A program made the translations under genes and the position numbers. The notes beneath the pieces were generated by a model, which was not told the origin of the DNA, made no database searches, and worked only from the letters and a program-made list of their open reading frames with translations. From the human T2T-CHM13v2.0 reference genome, Homo sapiens, in NCBI RefSeq assembly GCF_009914755.1, contig NC_060930.1: a stretch of DNA of 64,000 nucleotides; one strand, written 5' to 3'. Below are positions 43,397 to 57,959 of this stretch, piece by piece (within the stretch, counting starts at the first letter, position 1; the number at the start of each line of letters is the position of its first letter).

Positions 43397-43734
43397 TGTC
43401 TTCGTCTGTTCAGGCATCTATTACAACAAAATACCAGGCCGTGGGTAGCTCACATACAACAGAAACTTACTTCTCACAGTTCTGGGAGGTCCAAGATCAA
43501 GGAGCTGGCAGATTTGGTGTCTAGTGAGGACCCACTTTCTGGTTCAAAGATGGCACCTTCTAGCTGTGCCCTCACATGGTGGGAGAGGCCAGGCAGCTCT
43601 TTGGGGCCTCTTTTACAAGGGCCTGAACCCCATTCATGACATAATCACCTCCTGAAGGTTCTGCTTCCTAATGCCATCGCATTGGCGGTTAGGATGAATT
43701 TTGAGGGAGGACCACAAACATTAGGACCATAGCA
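43397..43734 (-). mobile_element. MLT1A-like MaLR solo LTR
   Basis: 'acaacagaaacttacttctcacagttctgggaggtccaagatcaagg...cacaaacattaggaccatagca'. Confidence 0.88.
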
Positions 43735-44709
43735 GCTTCTTTGGTGTGAGGAGAGGCTATGACATGGTTTCCTGGCAAGGGGGAATTCAGCAGTGACAGG
43801 GCAGGAAGGTGCTCATTGTGAAATCTCTGGTTGGGCCATGGCTTCTAGCCACATCTCTCTCCTACTAGGAACCAAGGAGCAGCTCTGACTTCTAGATTGA
43901 CTGGATCAGGCTTCCCCATCAACAGTTTAGGAATGCTTGCTTAGAAACTCGAAGGCCATCAAATAAAGGAGAAACATTTGAGACGGTCTCTTATCCAAAT
44001 AAACTGAAAAATTGCTAAGTATATAACAAGTTGCATTTTTTTTTTAAAGTACAAAGCTGGTTATACAGACACCCAACATGAGCATGAGTGGTGGTGAATT
44101 TGCCCTTCTCACTTAGGACTGAGAAGACCTCAGACAAATTGCTGAATGACGTCCTTCAATGACCTCAATACCTACCCGTACGGTTGCCACGAAAATTCAA
44201 TGCAACCTTTGTGTCAGGTTCCTGGACTTGTTTTGTGCAGTATATTCATTCCTCCCTTCTAGATACAAATATTATGTCAAAAGCCAAACTTAGATAAAAA
44301 TGGCTTTCACAACTAAAACTGAGAAATTCTATCATCAAATAATTGGAGTTTAGACTTGATGCGTAATCTCAAAAGTAAATGCTAATGAGAAACTGGTACA
44401 TCTAGGTTCACAAACAGTCCTGGATTGGACAGTGTGTCACTGGTTTTCACACCAGCTTTTTGGTGAAGTGTGGGGGAAATGGAATCTTGCCTGTGGTCCC
44501 TGTTGTTTTTTTCCCTATTTCCCACTTTTATGATCGTAGAGAAATAACTCACATAGGAAATACAGGCTCAGGAAACAGAAAGCACAGCAAACTTTTAGTG
44601 GTATGGGTTGGTCCCCAAAACTACAAGACCCATTTTTATAAATTTTTATGATATTAATAATATAAGAATTGATTTTTTATTATTTCAAAAGCCTACTCAC
44701 TGTAAGAAG

Positions 44710-45039
44710 TTTTTTTTCTTTTCTTCCCTTTCATTTCCTTTCTCTCCTCCCTCCCTCCCTTTCTTCCTCCCTCCCTCCCTTCTTTCCTCCATCTCTCTTT
44801 CCATTCCTCCCTCCCTCCCTCCCTCCCTCCCTCCCTCCCTCCCTCCCTCCCTTCCTTCCTTCCTTTCCTCCCTTCTTCCCTTGCTCCCTCCCATCTTCCT
44901 ACCATCCTTCCTTCCTTCCTTCCTTCCTTCCTTCCTTTCTTTCTTTCTTTCTTTCTTTCCTTCCTTCCTTCCTTCTTTCTTTTCTTTTCTTTTCTTTTTC
45001 TTTTCTTTTCTTTTCTTTTCTTTTTCTTTTCTTTCCCTT
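44710..45039. repeat. Polypyrimidine/polypurine compound microsatellite of about 330 bp
   Basis: (CCCT)n, (CCTT)n, (CTTT)n and (CTTTT)n with very few purines on the + strand. Confidence 0.95.
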
Positions 45040-45627
45040 AAACTTTGGCTCTGAGTACTTATTTCCAGACAGACATCTAGGGCGGCTGTGTTGATCTCCA
45101 GACTCCACCAGCAAGAGGGTGAATGGGATCTCTCTCTCTCTATAGCCCTAGGGGCATTAGTCAATGTGAATCTACAAATGCTATTCTTAATTTCCTTTCT
45201 TTGATTATTAGTGAAGTTAATGGGCACTTAAATTTTTTCTTCTGTTAAGGTCCTTTCCTGCCCTTCAGGAGCCATCTGCTTTGTTCTGTTTTATGATATA
45301 TTGAATACGTGATGTGTGATCCAAAAATGTCTTTCTCAGTTCATCGCCATCACCAGTATATTAATGAAAGCACTCTTCTCTTCAGCCTTCATTGCTATTG
45401 ACTTTTTGTTTTCCTTTTTGTGTATCCTCTTGAGGGTTCTAATGGGACACTGGAAGGAGGGATATCAGAGGTGTCTCATCAGCTGCTTTGCAAACTCCAC
45501 CACACAGACTTGCGGATTTCTTCTTTCTTTATGCCACTCAAAAGAATGTCAGACCACAGGGGCATAAAAGTTGGCATAGCCTGATTGGGGAAATAATATA
45601 CTTTAAATTCATTAAAAAACAAAGATT

Positions 45628-45923
45628 AGCTGGGCACAGTGGCTCATATCTGTATTTCCAACACTTTGGGTGGCTGAAGTGGGAGGATCACTGGAGCCCA
45701 GGAGTTCGAGACCAGTCTGGGCAACATAGACCTCGCTTATACAAAAAAAAAAAAAAGGAAAAAAATTAGCCAGGGACAGTTGTGCGTGCCTGTAGTCCCA
45801 GCTACTCAGGAGGCTGAGGTGGGAGGATTGCTTGAGCGCAAGAAATGGGGGCTGCAGTGGGCCGTGATCTCACCACAGTACTCTGGCCTGGGTGACAGCA
45901 CAAGACCCTGTCTCCAACAACAA
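45628..45923 (+). mobile_element. AluJ
   Basis: 'ggaggatcactggagcccaggagttcgagacc' and 'ggaggattgcttgagc'. Confidence 0.9.
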
Positions 45924-46145
45924 AGACTCACTGGTAAATGTTTCTCTCTTACTATTTTGTAAAAAGTATGAAAATATTTCTTAGGAAATAAAATAGGACA
46001 AAAATTAGATGGTTGGTGGTATCTAACACAGGGTTACAGAAATGCAGCTGGAAGAGATTTAAGGGGATCTTTAGGAAATGCTAGGATGGTTTATTTGTGT
46101 TCACTTTATTGCAAATAAACAGACTTCACTTCTATTGATTGGCAA

Positions 46146-46463
<318 letters not shown>

Positions 46464-46895
46464 TAATAGATACTAGTTATTCAGCTCACCAGCTTAATTT
46501 TAAGTCTCTCTGTGGCATGTGGTTGTACATATACACGTTTTCTCTTTCCATATTAGCTTCTTACATATCTTTGTTTACATATTAAGAAGACAAATTTTCT
46601 TGGTCATTGTTTCTGTAAAACTTTCACATCACCTTGAACATAGTCATTTAGACCATGGAGCAGTGACCCAAGCTTCAGTTAATCCGTGACGGAGCCTTAA
46701 CTAATAATTTAAAAGGTTTTCTTACATCTAGAAGAATACCTGTGTACCACTTGGCCAATCAGAGGAAACTGTAGGTAGAAAGAATATTCGGGATTTATTC
46801 CCTTCCCTGTGATTCTGTTCTATTCACTATCAGAAGAATATCCCATTTCATTTGATGTCTGTAGTTTTGTTTAGTTTGTGCCTGACAGAACCACC

Positions 46896-47714
46896 TGTGT
46901 TAGTGAGCTATTGCTGTGTAACAAATGACCCCAGAACTCAGTGGCTTTAAACAGCAAGCATTGATTATCTCACAGTTTCTTGGATGTGGCTTAGCTGTGT
47001 CCTCTGGTTTAGGGTCTCCCACAGGGCTGCAATCAAGATATGGCTGGGGCTGCCATCATCTCAAGACTGGGCCCGGGGAGGATTCTCCTCTCAGCTCACT
47101 CAGGGGCTGTTGGCCAGAAGCCACCCTCATGAGCCTTGCCATGTGAGCCTCTCCATAGGGCTGGGATTTTGTTTTTTGTTTTTTGTTTTTTTGAGACAGA
47201 GTCTCACCCTGTCACCCAGACTAGAGTGCAGTGGCATGATCATAACTCACTGCAACCTTGAACTCCCTGTTTCAAGCGATCCTCCTGCCTCAGCCCCCTG
47301 AGTAGCCAGGACTACAGGCGTGCATCACCATGGCCAGCTAATTTTTAAGGTTTTTCTTTTGTAGAAACAGGGTCTTGCCATGTTGCCCAGGCTGGTCTCA
47401 AACTCCTGGGCTCCAGTGATCCCCCTCCCTCGGCCTCCCAAACTTCTGGGATTGCAGGCATGAGCCACTGCACCTGGCCTCCATTGGGCTGTTTACAGCA
47501 TGGCAGCTGGCTTCCCTCCGAGAGGGCCAATGAGAGCTCCAGAGGCAGGGAGCAAGACAGAAGTTGCAGTGTTTTTTGTAACCTAATCTTGGAAGTGACA
47601 CCCCACCACCTTGACCACTTTCTAGAAGCAAGTCATTAGTCCCAGCCCCCAGGCAAGGCGAGTGTGAAAACCAGGAGGAGGGATCAATGGAAGCATCCAG
47701 CAGGCTCCCTACCG
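46896..47714 (-). mobile_element. MLT1F/G-like MaLR LTR interrupted by an AluJ
   Basis: 'tgtgttagtgagctattgctgtgtaacaaatgaccccagaactcagtggctttaaacagcaagc' and 'cagcatggcagctggcttccc'. Confidence 0.85.
47167..47479 (-). mobile_element. AluJ
   Basis: Antisense Alu; TSD ctccat(a/t)gggctg. Confidence 0.92.
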
Positions 47715-50395
47715 TATTGTGGAGTGACTCTTCCCTGTAGGGCCTCATATAAAATGATTCTGGGCATCAGAAGGCCTGGGAACATTGCTCCCTCCCGTCC
47801 CACTGCTGCTGGATGCCTGCGAGGGGACAGGGCTTCCTACCATTAAACCACAGGGCCAGCTACTGGCTTCCAGCTGCTTCCACCTTCCCCATCAGACTTC
47901 TTTCTTTCATGGGCTTTTCAGGAATTGCCTATCCTGTCCTCTCCGCCGGGATAAACTGATCACTCTTCTGCCTGAATTATTCTCTGAGCTTTGAAGCCAA
48001 ACTTCTTCCTACTCCACTGAACTCTGAACCAAACACAGAATGCTCATAAGCTTTCACTTTAAACTTCAGGGAAACCCACTGGACTAAACCAAAACAAGAA
48101 ACAGCAGGGAAGTGTGAAGGTTACCAGAAATCCAGGTGAGTACAAGACTGGCTCTCCTAGCAGGAAGGAAATACTATTTATGGACTATCTCTTGCCTACC
48201 TAGAGGCTTTGCTAAGGGTCTCCCTGATGCTAACTCATCAATTCTCAAAACAACACTACAATAAGACTATCATGACCTATAATTGACATTATTCCAATTT
48301 AACACATGATGAAATGAAGACTCAGAATAAGGGACTTTCCCAGGCTTCTGGAGTAAGTGCCCCAGTGCCCGGCGTCCACTCCCAGTGCCTGAGGCCTTCC
48401 CACAACACCACGACCCTCTTCTGGTGGCCTCTGTCCCCATCTCCCAGATTATCCTGGTATGGAAGTGAGTCAGGTTCTTGTCTTAAACGTTGGTCTACTC
48501 GGTCTTGACAAGGTAAAGTTCTGTAGACTCCAGACAAAGCTAGGGATAGGATAGTACCTCTCTTGTATCTCTTCTAGAACCTTCTTTTCACTCTCTCATT
48601 TAGCCTTGGGTTGTTTTTCTCTTTCACACACGAGTGTCTTCACATTTGGGAGTCTTGCCCACCCTCAAGCTCGTGGGTTAGGAAGGGGCTTCCCTACATG
48701 GCCCTACGTCTGTGCTAGTCTCAGGGTGGCCTCTGTGCTCCTGCCTACTTCAGCGACTGTGGGAACCCATCTTCTCTGAATGGACTGACACACGTGCGCC
48801 AGGGCTCGGCTGAGAAGGCTGAAGGGCAGTGTGGACAGCCAGATTATTCACCAACCGCTGGACCAGGGACCTGGGTAGATGTTAATTTTTATTTGCTGGC
48901 TCATAGAGAGAGGTTCTAGGGATGTGGGGAGAGGGGCCGGGGCAGTGGATGGTGGCCGGGAGCACTGAAGGACTTGGGGCAGCATCTTTAGCAGCTGGCC
49001 TCAGAGTGTGCTTCTGAATAGGTACTTGATTACGTACCTCCCCTCCTAAGAGTAGTAGTTTATAATACTGTTGGGGTCCAGGACCCCTTTGAGAATCTAT
49101 GGATCCTCCCACACAATGTGAAACCATGGCCGTAGGTAAGGCCAACGTTCTCTTCTATCGCTGCAAGCTGGTGACCCTCAGCTGAGCCACCCTGCAACTG
49201 GGTGCCTGAAAGCAGATTACACCAGCCGGGGGGCCATGGCTGCATCAGTGCCCCCATCTCCTACCAGACTTGGGCACCTCCCATCGACTCCAGGAGCTCC
49301 CCAGCTCCTGTTTCTACTCTGAAGGAGAGGCTGCATTCTCAGCTCATGTGGCGAACAGGAATAGTTGATATTCCTTTGCTCAACTGACCTGTTTTCCTAT
49401 TTTCCCACCCAGATTTTCCATTCAAAAATCTCTTCAAAAAAGTGCTTTGCAGAGCTTGCTCTTATAGTCAGACAATATTGAAGTCCTTTCATCTTGCACC
49501 ATGCAGCCTCAGAGTCTCCACCCAGGGGAGAGTAAGAGTCAAAACCTCAACTGATGGAAACTTCTGGTAGAAAAAGCCTTCCAGAACTGCCCAGAGTAAG
49601 CACTACAGTCACGAGGTTTTGCCACAGAGCGTATAGGCTCAGCTAGAGCATTTTCAAGCTGTTTTTCTGTGGCCTTGCTTGGTGGACCTCTGCTTTTTGA
49701 CCTCAAGTTTCACAAGTGCTTTAAACATGAAGCAGTGTTTTCTTGGCAGCCATGTAACGGTCTCTCAGGAAGTTGTTTCTGGAAATGGAAAGACTGTTCT
49801 CAGAACTTGACAGTTCTTTAGGGCTCCAGTTATTCTGAATGTTGAAGCCAACTGGACAATGTATGACGCAAGCCTAAGAGGGATAGGGATGTAGCTGTAG
49901 GAGGGGCTTTCTGATCCTTCTCTCTCTCCATTGTATCACTCTGCAGTTTCCCTGTTGATTCTCCAACTTTGCCATCTGCTTGGCAAAATTCAAGAAAGGT
50001 GGCACTTATTTAATTGATTGTAGCTTTCATGGCAGTCACACCTTCCAAGCCTTCCATCAGGCCAGCCAGGCATGATTTCCTTTGTTTCAGTCCCTCTTGG
50101 TGTTCTCTAATTAAATATGCTTTTTCCAGATGTTTCTCCACCGTATTCTTTAAGGTTGTTTCCACCATTTTTCCCTAGATCTAATGTCCATTATTTTGCC
50201 TTTTGCCCTTCTCTTTTTAGTAATCAGTTAATAATCGTGTTTGCCATGGGGAAGTCCTCAGGAATACTTCTGTTGTATTTCAAAATGAGCTGAACAGTTT
50301 TTTTGTTGTTGTTGTTTTTTAATCTCAGAAGTGTGTGGCTTAAAAGAAAAGTAAAGAAATGATATGAAAGTTTAACCATAGATGAATATACTTGG

Positions 50396-50992
<597 letters not shown>

Positions 50993-51804
50993 CCTCAACA
51001 GCACATGGTATTTTTCAGGTTTCTCCCAATGAGTTCAAAGAGTTTCATTGAAAGTATATCCTTGTAGTTGCTAGTGTCTAGGAGACACACTCAGACTTCC
51101 AGTTTTACTCAGCACCTACCACCTGTACTCTTCTGAGGTTCTTTGCCATTCCTGCTGGTCAGGAGTGGATACTGGAGCAATAGATACAGTTCCACACTGA
51201 CACTGCAGAAGTGGAGATCTCTGGAGTCTCTGCAACCCCACCCTCTCTTCACAGGGAGCAAGTTACTTCTTGAGTATAACCTGGGAATTTTAGAAAGTTT
51301 ATCTTTTTTCATAAATGAAAGTTTATGTTTTAGCATTGTACTGGTCAGAATCCTCCAGTATTTAAGCAAAACTAACCAGTACGGTCTTTGTTTAGTATAC
51401 ATGTATTTTGCAATAACAGGAGCAGTCATCACCATTTAGTGTCAAGCTTGATTGACAGGGCCCCTGGGAATCTGTGGTTTCTGTTGTGTAGAAACCACAG
51501 AGCTTGTTATTCTTCAACTGGAATTGGGAAGCGGAGCCCAAGAGAAATGTTCTTGACCTTCAGTCACTAAGGCGTTACTACCAGACTGCTGGCAATCCAT
51601 CAATGAGCGACTTTGTCACCCAAGACTCCGAGCTTGTCTTCTCCCCAGACTGGACAAGGCACCTTCACGCAGAATAGTTTCAGGTTTCACTGTGTTCTTA
51701 ATTACATTTAATGAGGATCATTGAGATCCTTATAAAAAGGTGAAAACAGGTACAGCTGTTATTGTATTCCACTAAGAAAATGTGTAGAGTGCAAAACAGA
51801 AGTG

Positions 51805-52085
51805 TAGGCCTCATTGTGGTACAATTGAGAGACCATGCCTTGGGCCCATGGGCTTTGATGGCGGCCACATCTGATTGACTTCTGGTTATGAAACTTATTA
51901 GCTAAACCAGGCTCAAAGTAATGAACCTCTTATAAGTCTTATCAGTCAAATTAATGAACCTTAGTTTCCTCATCTGTGAGATGGTCTCAGTAATACCAAT
52001 GTCATAGACAATTAGCTGTGTACATTTCTGTAGACATTATATGAAATGTTATATGTGAAACTGCCTGCAATATAGGTACTCAATC
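51805..52085 (+). mobile_element. MIR (MIRb-like)
   Basis: 'gaaccttagtttcctcatctgtgagatgg...taatacc...taggtactcaat'. Confidence 0.7.
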
Positions 52086-53619
52086 AAAAAAATGTGAATT
52101 TTCATTTGCTCCCTGCAGTCTTACTATCTGGCTGCCTGTTACTTTGAAAACCATGTGTATGAAACAGTAACAGGCTACCTAAAAAGAAAAAAAGAAAAAA
52201 GAAAATGATGTGGGACCACATCTGTGTGTCTAGCAGGCATGGACCTTCCCTCTGGATCTGTTTGTTCTGACCTTGTCTTCTAATTGAGCTGGATAATTAC
52301 ATGGTAGGAACTCTCCCCAACATCAGGGCCGAGAAATGCTGTCACCATGTTTTAATGCAAAGGCACTTTGCCAAGGATAATAGTCGATACCACGGGCATT
52401 GTTTTAGGTGAGATAAAGGAATCATCTGTGAATGAATGCTGTGTCCCTTTAGAGAAGGAAAAAATGAATCGGCAGCCCCAACAGCAACCCAATATCCAAA
52501 GACTTTCAGTGAATTTCATTTTGTTCATTTTTCTACCAAATATGCACTTTTGAAGCTGTCTTTGCCTGATAGTCTCCAACTTGGTGTCACAGGGCTCGTG
52601 GGCTTTAAGCTGTTAACCTTGTTTTATTTCTCCCCTTTTTGGAAATAGAACCATTTTCTCCTGAAATACCTTTGTAGCCTTTTTTCTTTTCTACTCAAAA
52701 GCACCTTATTTCCATTTTGCATAATTATTATGTACTATTTTTCAAATTATGATGTCTCTGCTATTGGAAACAACATTGTTTAGTGAGTTTGTGGGTGAAA
52801 TAGCTTAGCCTTCTGCACTCACATGTGTCTCTGTCTGAACGACTGGATATTTCTAACCTGTATTGGTCCTATATTATCTAATTCCTTGAGGTTTATGATG
52901 ACGGATATGTTAAAAAAAAAATCTTCAATTCCTCTTTATTCTTAGGGAAACATTGTAAAGCAAAATTTACTTAGAAATTCTTCCTACTTTGCAAAAGAAA
53001 GAAGGTGGCCCTTTTTCTCCCCCAGGAGAGAGATCGTTAGCTCAGAGGAGCGCTGTCAGCAGAGGCTGGAGCACACGGAAGTGGGGTCTGCTCAGGTCCC
53101 TCTCGGTGTTCATTGCTTCACCTGCATGACGACCTTTGCACCCATCGCTTTGCAGTTCGCCACCAAACGTGGACCCAGATGTCCCGGGTCTGCTCTGATG
53201 ATTCCACAACATTCAATTCAGCAAATATTTGTCGAGTGCCTATCATGTAGCAGTGTGTGAGGCACTGGGGATGCCACAGTGACTAAACAGCCTACAACGC
53301 CCCTGCCCCCCCGGACATGCCGTTCCAGAGTCCAGTCCAGGGAGGATTACACTGTGCTTCCGCCAGTCACTCGGTGCACCGTCCGAAGGAGGCCTGGAAA
53401 CATTAGGGTCAGGGAGGGTCTGGGGCTCCCTGTCCTTGCCAACACCCTTCCTCTCTGCAGGTCTCACTCCTGCCTCTGACACCCCCTCCAGAAAGGCTTC
53501 ACCAACACCCCCCGCTCCGGCCCACTGAGTTGGTTCCCTCCACCGTTCCTCAACACCTGTGTCTCCACACTTGCTCTTTTGTTTGTAGTGTGCTGATTTG
53601 CCCCACCCCCCAACCCCCA

Positions 53620-53742
53620 CACTGGAATGTGAGCTGCCAGGAAGCGAGGGTCTTGTCTTGATCTTCCTGCTTTCCTAGCACATGGTGCAGCTTGCTGGCA
53701 GGTAGTGTGTATTCAGTGGCTGTGTGCCGAGTGCCTGAATGA
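53620..53742 (+). mobile_element. L2 3'-end fragment
   Basis: 'actggaatgtgagctgccaggaagcgagggtcttgtcttgatc...cctagcac'. Confidence 0.65.
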
Positions 53743-55164
53743 AGGCGTGAAGGAGACTCAGTCATCTCCTGCATCCACGGTACTCGTAGACTTGTTCTCC
53801 AGCTCTGGAAAAACTTTCCAAGACTCAAATGTGCCTTTTCCCCAAAGGCCTTGAGTTACTGCATCTTCGTAACGCCGAAGACACTTTTCCGTAGCGGTAA
53901 CATCTGGACTTTGTGCAGTGTGACTGTCCCAGAGGGCCTGGCCTCGTTCTGCGGGATGGGCGTGGGGGTGCCAGCTCCCTGGCAGAGGCCCCAGTCCTGG
54001 GTAAAGCTGTGCTCACTGCCTGCCCACCCTGGGTGAGCAATTGAAGCCCTAGTGTGGGGCCCCTGGCCATGGAAGCACTGGGGAAGGAGCCGCTGGGGGA
54101 GGAGGAGCAGGCACAGCAGGCGTCTCCTGGTGGCACCAGCAGCCACACCCCTGGGCCACCTCCCAGCAGGCAGCCTGATGGCCCCAGGGCCTTGGGATGG
54201 GAGGAGAGCCTCAGTGGTGTTCAGTGTGCAATCTGAAACAAGGCAGGGCATTTTCCTTCCAACAAGGTTTTCTTGAACATGTAATGATTAAACTAATTCA
54301 TATTTTGTTGAAAATGTCTCTGTTGAGCAATTCATTGCCAAACAGTGCTCACTGATGAGCTATCCAGCGTTTGGGTTCAATTCCATGAACATTGCCGGTG
54401 TTGAGGAGATTTAATTTGTATAGCATTTGATTCTTTCTCATTCCTGAACGCCTCCTTTCCCATCTTGCCATCCCTAGACCACCCGCAACCCAAGGAAAGA
54501 AAAAGGGAATCTAGCAGGCCTCTGAGATTCCGGATCTCCAGGGGGCTTGCTGGAACTGAGGGGAGTTGGGCCCTATATGTGTGGCCTTGTCCTGTACTTT
54601 AAATAAATACCCAGTTTAAGACAGAAATCTGCAAGGATGACAGAAGAACTTTCTCTAGTCACATTCCTCCAAGAAGTTGGGTACAGACCAGAGCTGAGAT
54701 AGGAGATAACCTGGGTTTTGCCTTCTCAAATGTATGATCCTCCATACCCCAAAACAATTAGACTAATTAAGGTATTGTAAGACAACTTGCAAAAATCAAG
54801 AGCTTCAGCCCGCTGAGGTTTCAATCCAACAGAGAATATACATTATCGTCAAGCATCTTCTTTATGGATAGTTGAGTTTTTAAAAGCACAGGCAGATTTT
54901 AATATTTCGGCAATTATCTTCTTTTTTAGTTCAACAAGTACTTATGCATTTATTTTTAATAACATATTTCTCTACTACAAAAATAAGCCATGCTTTAATT
55001 AAGAAAATTTGGAAACCACCAAAACGCACATATGCAGAAAATCACCCAGGGATAATGAGATAATGGGGCACATTCTTCTAGTTACAAATATAGATGTGTT
55101 TGAAACACAAATAGGATTGTCTCCGCTGTACTTTGTATCCTGTGTTTTTTTAGATGTCTCTTCA

Positions 55165-55700
55165 TTTCATCTAACAAATAGTTATTGTAAGGTCAACTAT
55201 GTGCTAGACTGAATTCTAGGCACTGGAGGTTACATCAGTGAACCAAGCAGATACACGTCCTCATTGCATTGAGCTTTTTTCTAGTGGGGTCAGACAGTAA
55301 GCAAGGAAGTATATATATTAACAGTGTGCCAAGTGGGGATAAGTGCTATGGGAAGAGTAAAAGCTGGAAGGGGTTGGGGTTGGTGGAGACGGGATGGCTG
55401 GTCATAGGAGGGCTGCAGTTTGGAGATTGTGTGCAGCACAGTCAGGGAAGGCTCTACAGAGATGGTGATATTTGAGCAAAGGCTGGGAGGAGCTCTATGG
55501 CTCCCTGTAGGGAGGGAGTTCCAGGCAGGGGGAAGGCACAGGCAAAAGCCCAGAGGAGAGGCAGGCCTGGCTTGTTCCAGAGCTGCAGGGGTCGGCAGGA
55601 GGGAGGAAGATGAGGTCAAAGAGGTCACAGGAGCCAGATGGCTTTGTAGCCTCGGCAAGTACCTGGCTTTAGTTCTGAGCAGAGGAGGGACGTGCTCTGG
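55165..55700 (-). mobile_element. L2 fragment
   Basis: 'catctaacaaatagttattg...ctatgtgctag...ttctaggcactggag', 'gtcagggaaggctctacagagatggtgatatttgagcaaagg'. Confidence 0.82.
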
Positions 55701-55854
55701 CTTGAGCTGGTGCATTGGGCACGGAGTGCAGCCTAGGGGGAAGCAGAAGAGCCGGGCCATGCTTTGATGGGCTCAGGAGGCTGCAACGTGGAAAGCCCTC
55801 AAGCAGACACCTCTGCCTCAGGCTCTAAATGTGGAGATGTTTTAGGAATACTGT

Positions 55855-56062
55855 GGCCAATTTAGTTCACTTGCATTTTTTAAAATGTATGCACAATAAT
55901 GATATATGATTTTTAAATTGGTGTCTAATTAAGTCTATAATAACTCTTTCAATAAGTATGAAATAAAGATCCCTTGTGGTTAGGGAATATTATCTGATTT
56001 GGCACATTTCCCCTTAATGATACATCTTAAAATGTGGGGTACCTTAGATTGGATGAAACAAG
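55855..56062 (+). mobile_element. Possible degraded mariner-derived (MARNA-like) DNA transposon fragment
   Basis: Ends 'catcttaaaatg...ccttagattggatgaaac', resembling that family's terminal repeat from memory. Confidence 0.3.
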
Positions 56063-56447
56063 AATTATGAATAGAGCTATGACTTTCCTATACAGAGTTT
56101 CCAGAAGGGAGGCAGAATGGACACCCTTCAAATATAAGCCAGGGTCAGAGGCAGCTAAACCTTAGAATGCTGTTTAGTGCCAGGACAAATCCCAAATCAC
56201 TACCCTGGACGCTTGGTATGTGCAGGTCTTCCCAGCACACACACCAGCAGCTCTAGGAAGAGCTTTCTCGGAAGGGCCCTGGCTTGCCCTGACGATGCCT
56301 TACGGTTCCAGGATGCACAGAAAGCAAAATGGAGTTACTTTGGCCAATTAGCTCAGCAGCCACACATGGTCTGAAAATGACAAAACATTCACCTGAACCA
56401 GGACTCGAATGGGAAATCTGGGGCATGTGGTTGCCATGCCTAAGTAA

Positions 56448-56902
<455 letters not shown>

Positions 56903-57959
56903 TAAATGCAACTCAGAATCACTTGGCAAAAATGTTGATGCACCACAATATTCACTAGTAAGCTCTTGTACATTCTCAATAGTAGATGAGTAAATTGGGC
57001 TGTTTACACACTATGATTTGAAGCCTGTATTATAAAGCTACAGATTCCCAGGTCCTGTATCTTAAGTAGACCTCTCTGGGTGGTCTGGGAGGCCCTGAGT
57101 TAAGAGTAAGGACACTAACTCTGTCTTGCATGCTTGGAGGGTGTTTGGGCCCCACGGGCAGAAGAGAGCACTCTCCTTGTCTCCCCTCCTCCGCTCTCTG
57201 TTCACGCAAGTGCTTGAAGCCTGGAGCCCCTCTCCTCACTCATGAACTCTGCAGGTTCAAGGCAAGACTGTGCTGTGTTTGGAGACATCCCTGTTTAACT
57301 CTGCATCTAGCCAGAAGTCCTGTAGGGAAAAACCAGATTTCCTAAGTGACATTCCTCGACTCGGTAGGGTGACCTTCACCTTCCTCCTCCCTTAGCAAGC
57401 CTGAAAGCTACAGTTCTCACCCGACAAAGGTAGACAGAGAGACGCGTGTGAAAAAGAGCTGTTGAGCTTTGATGAAACTGAACATCAAGTTTGTAGTCTA
57501 CAAATGGGTATGTGGAGTTCTACTGTCACCTCCATGCTCTCTGGGTTTGAGCTTTTCCTTCCAGCTTGCTTTGCTCATATTTTCCACGTTAGTCCCTGGG
57601 CTCATTGATTTAAATTCCCTCCCTTCATACAGGCATGCATAGACTCCTGGCTCTGTGCGTCTGGGGTAATTAACACGATTAGTCACTAATCGTGCTTTCC
57701 AGGCACGGGGTCCTGCCATCGTGATCTTGTAGGGGAATGTCACTCTTGGGAGTTTTATGAAATCATCTATTTGGTTTTTCCTATTCTGGAGTTGTGAGTG
57801 GATATGATTTCTGAATCTACTTTTTCCTCTATTTGTCTCCAAGTAATGCGCTCATCTTTGCCTTGTGGTGGTAGATTTATTTCTAAGTATGTGATTAAGG
57901 AACAAATCACAAAATGAATGGTGCTTATGTTCCTGCCTGTAAGTGAAAAGTACCTTTGT

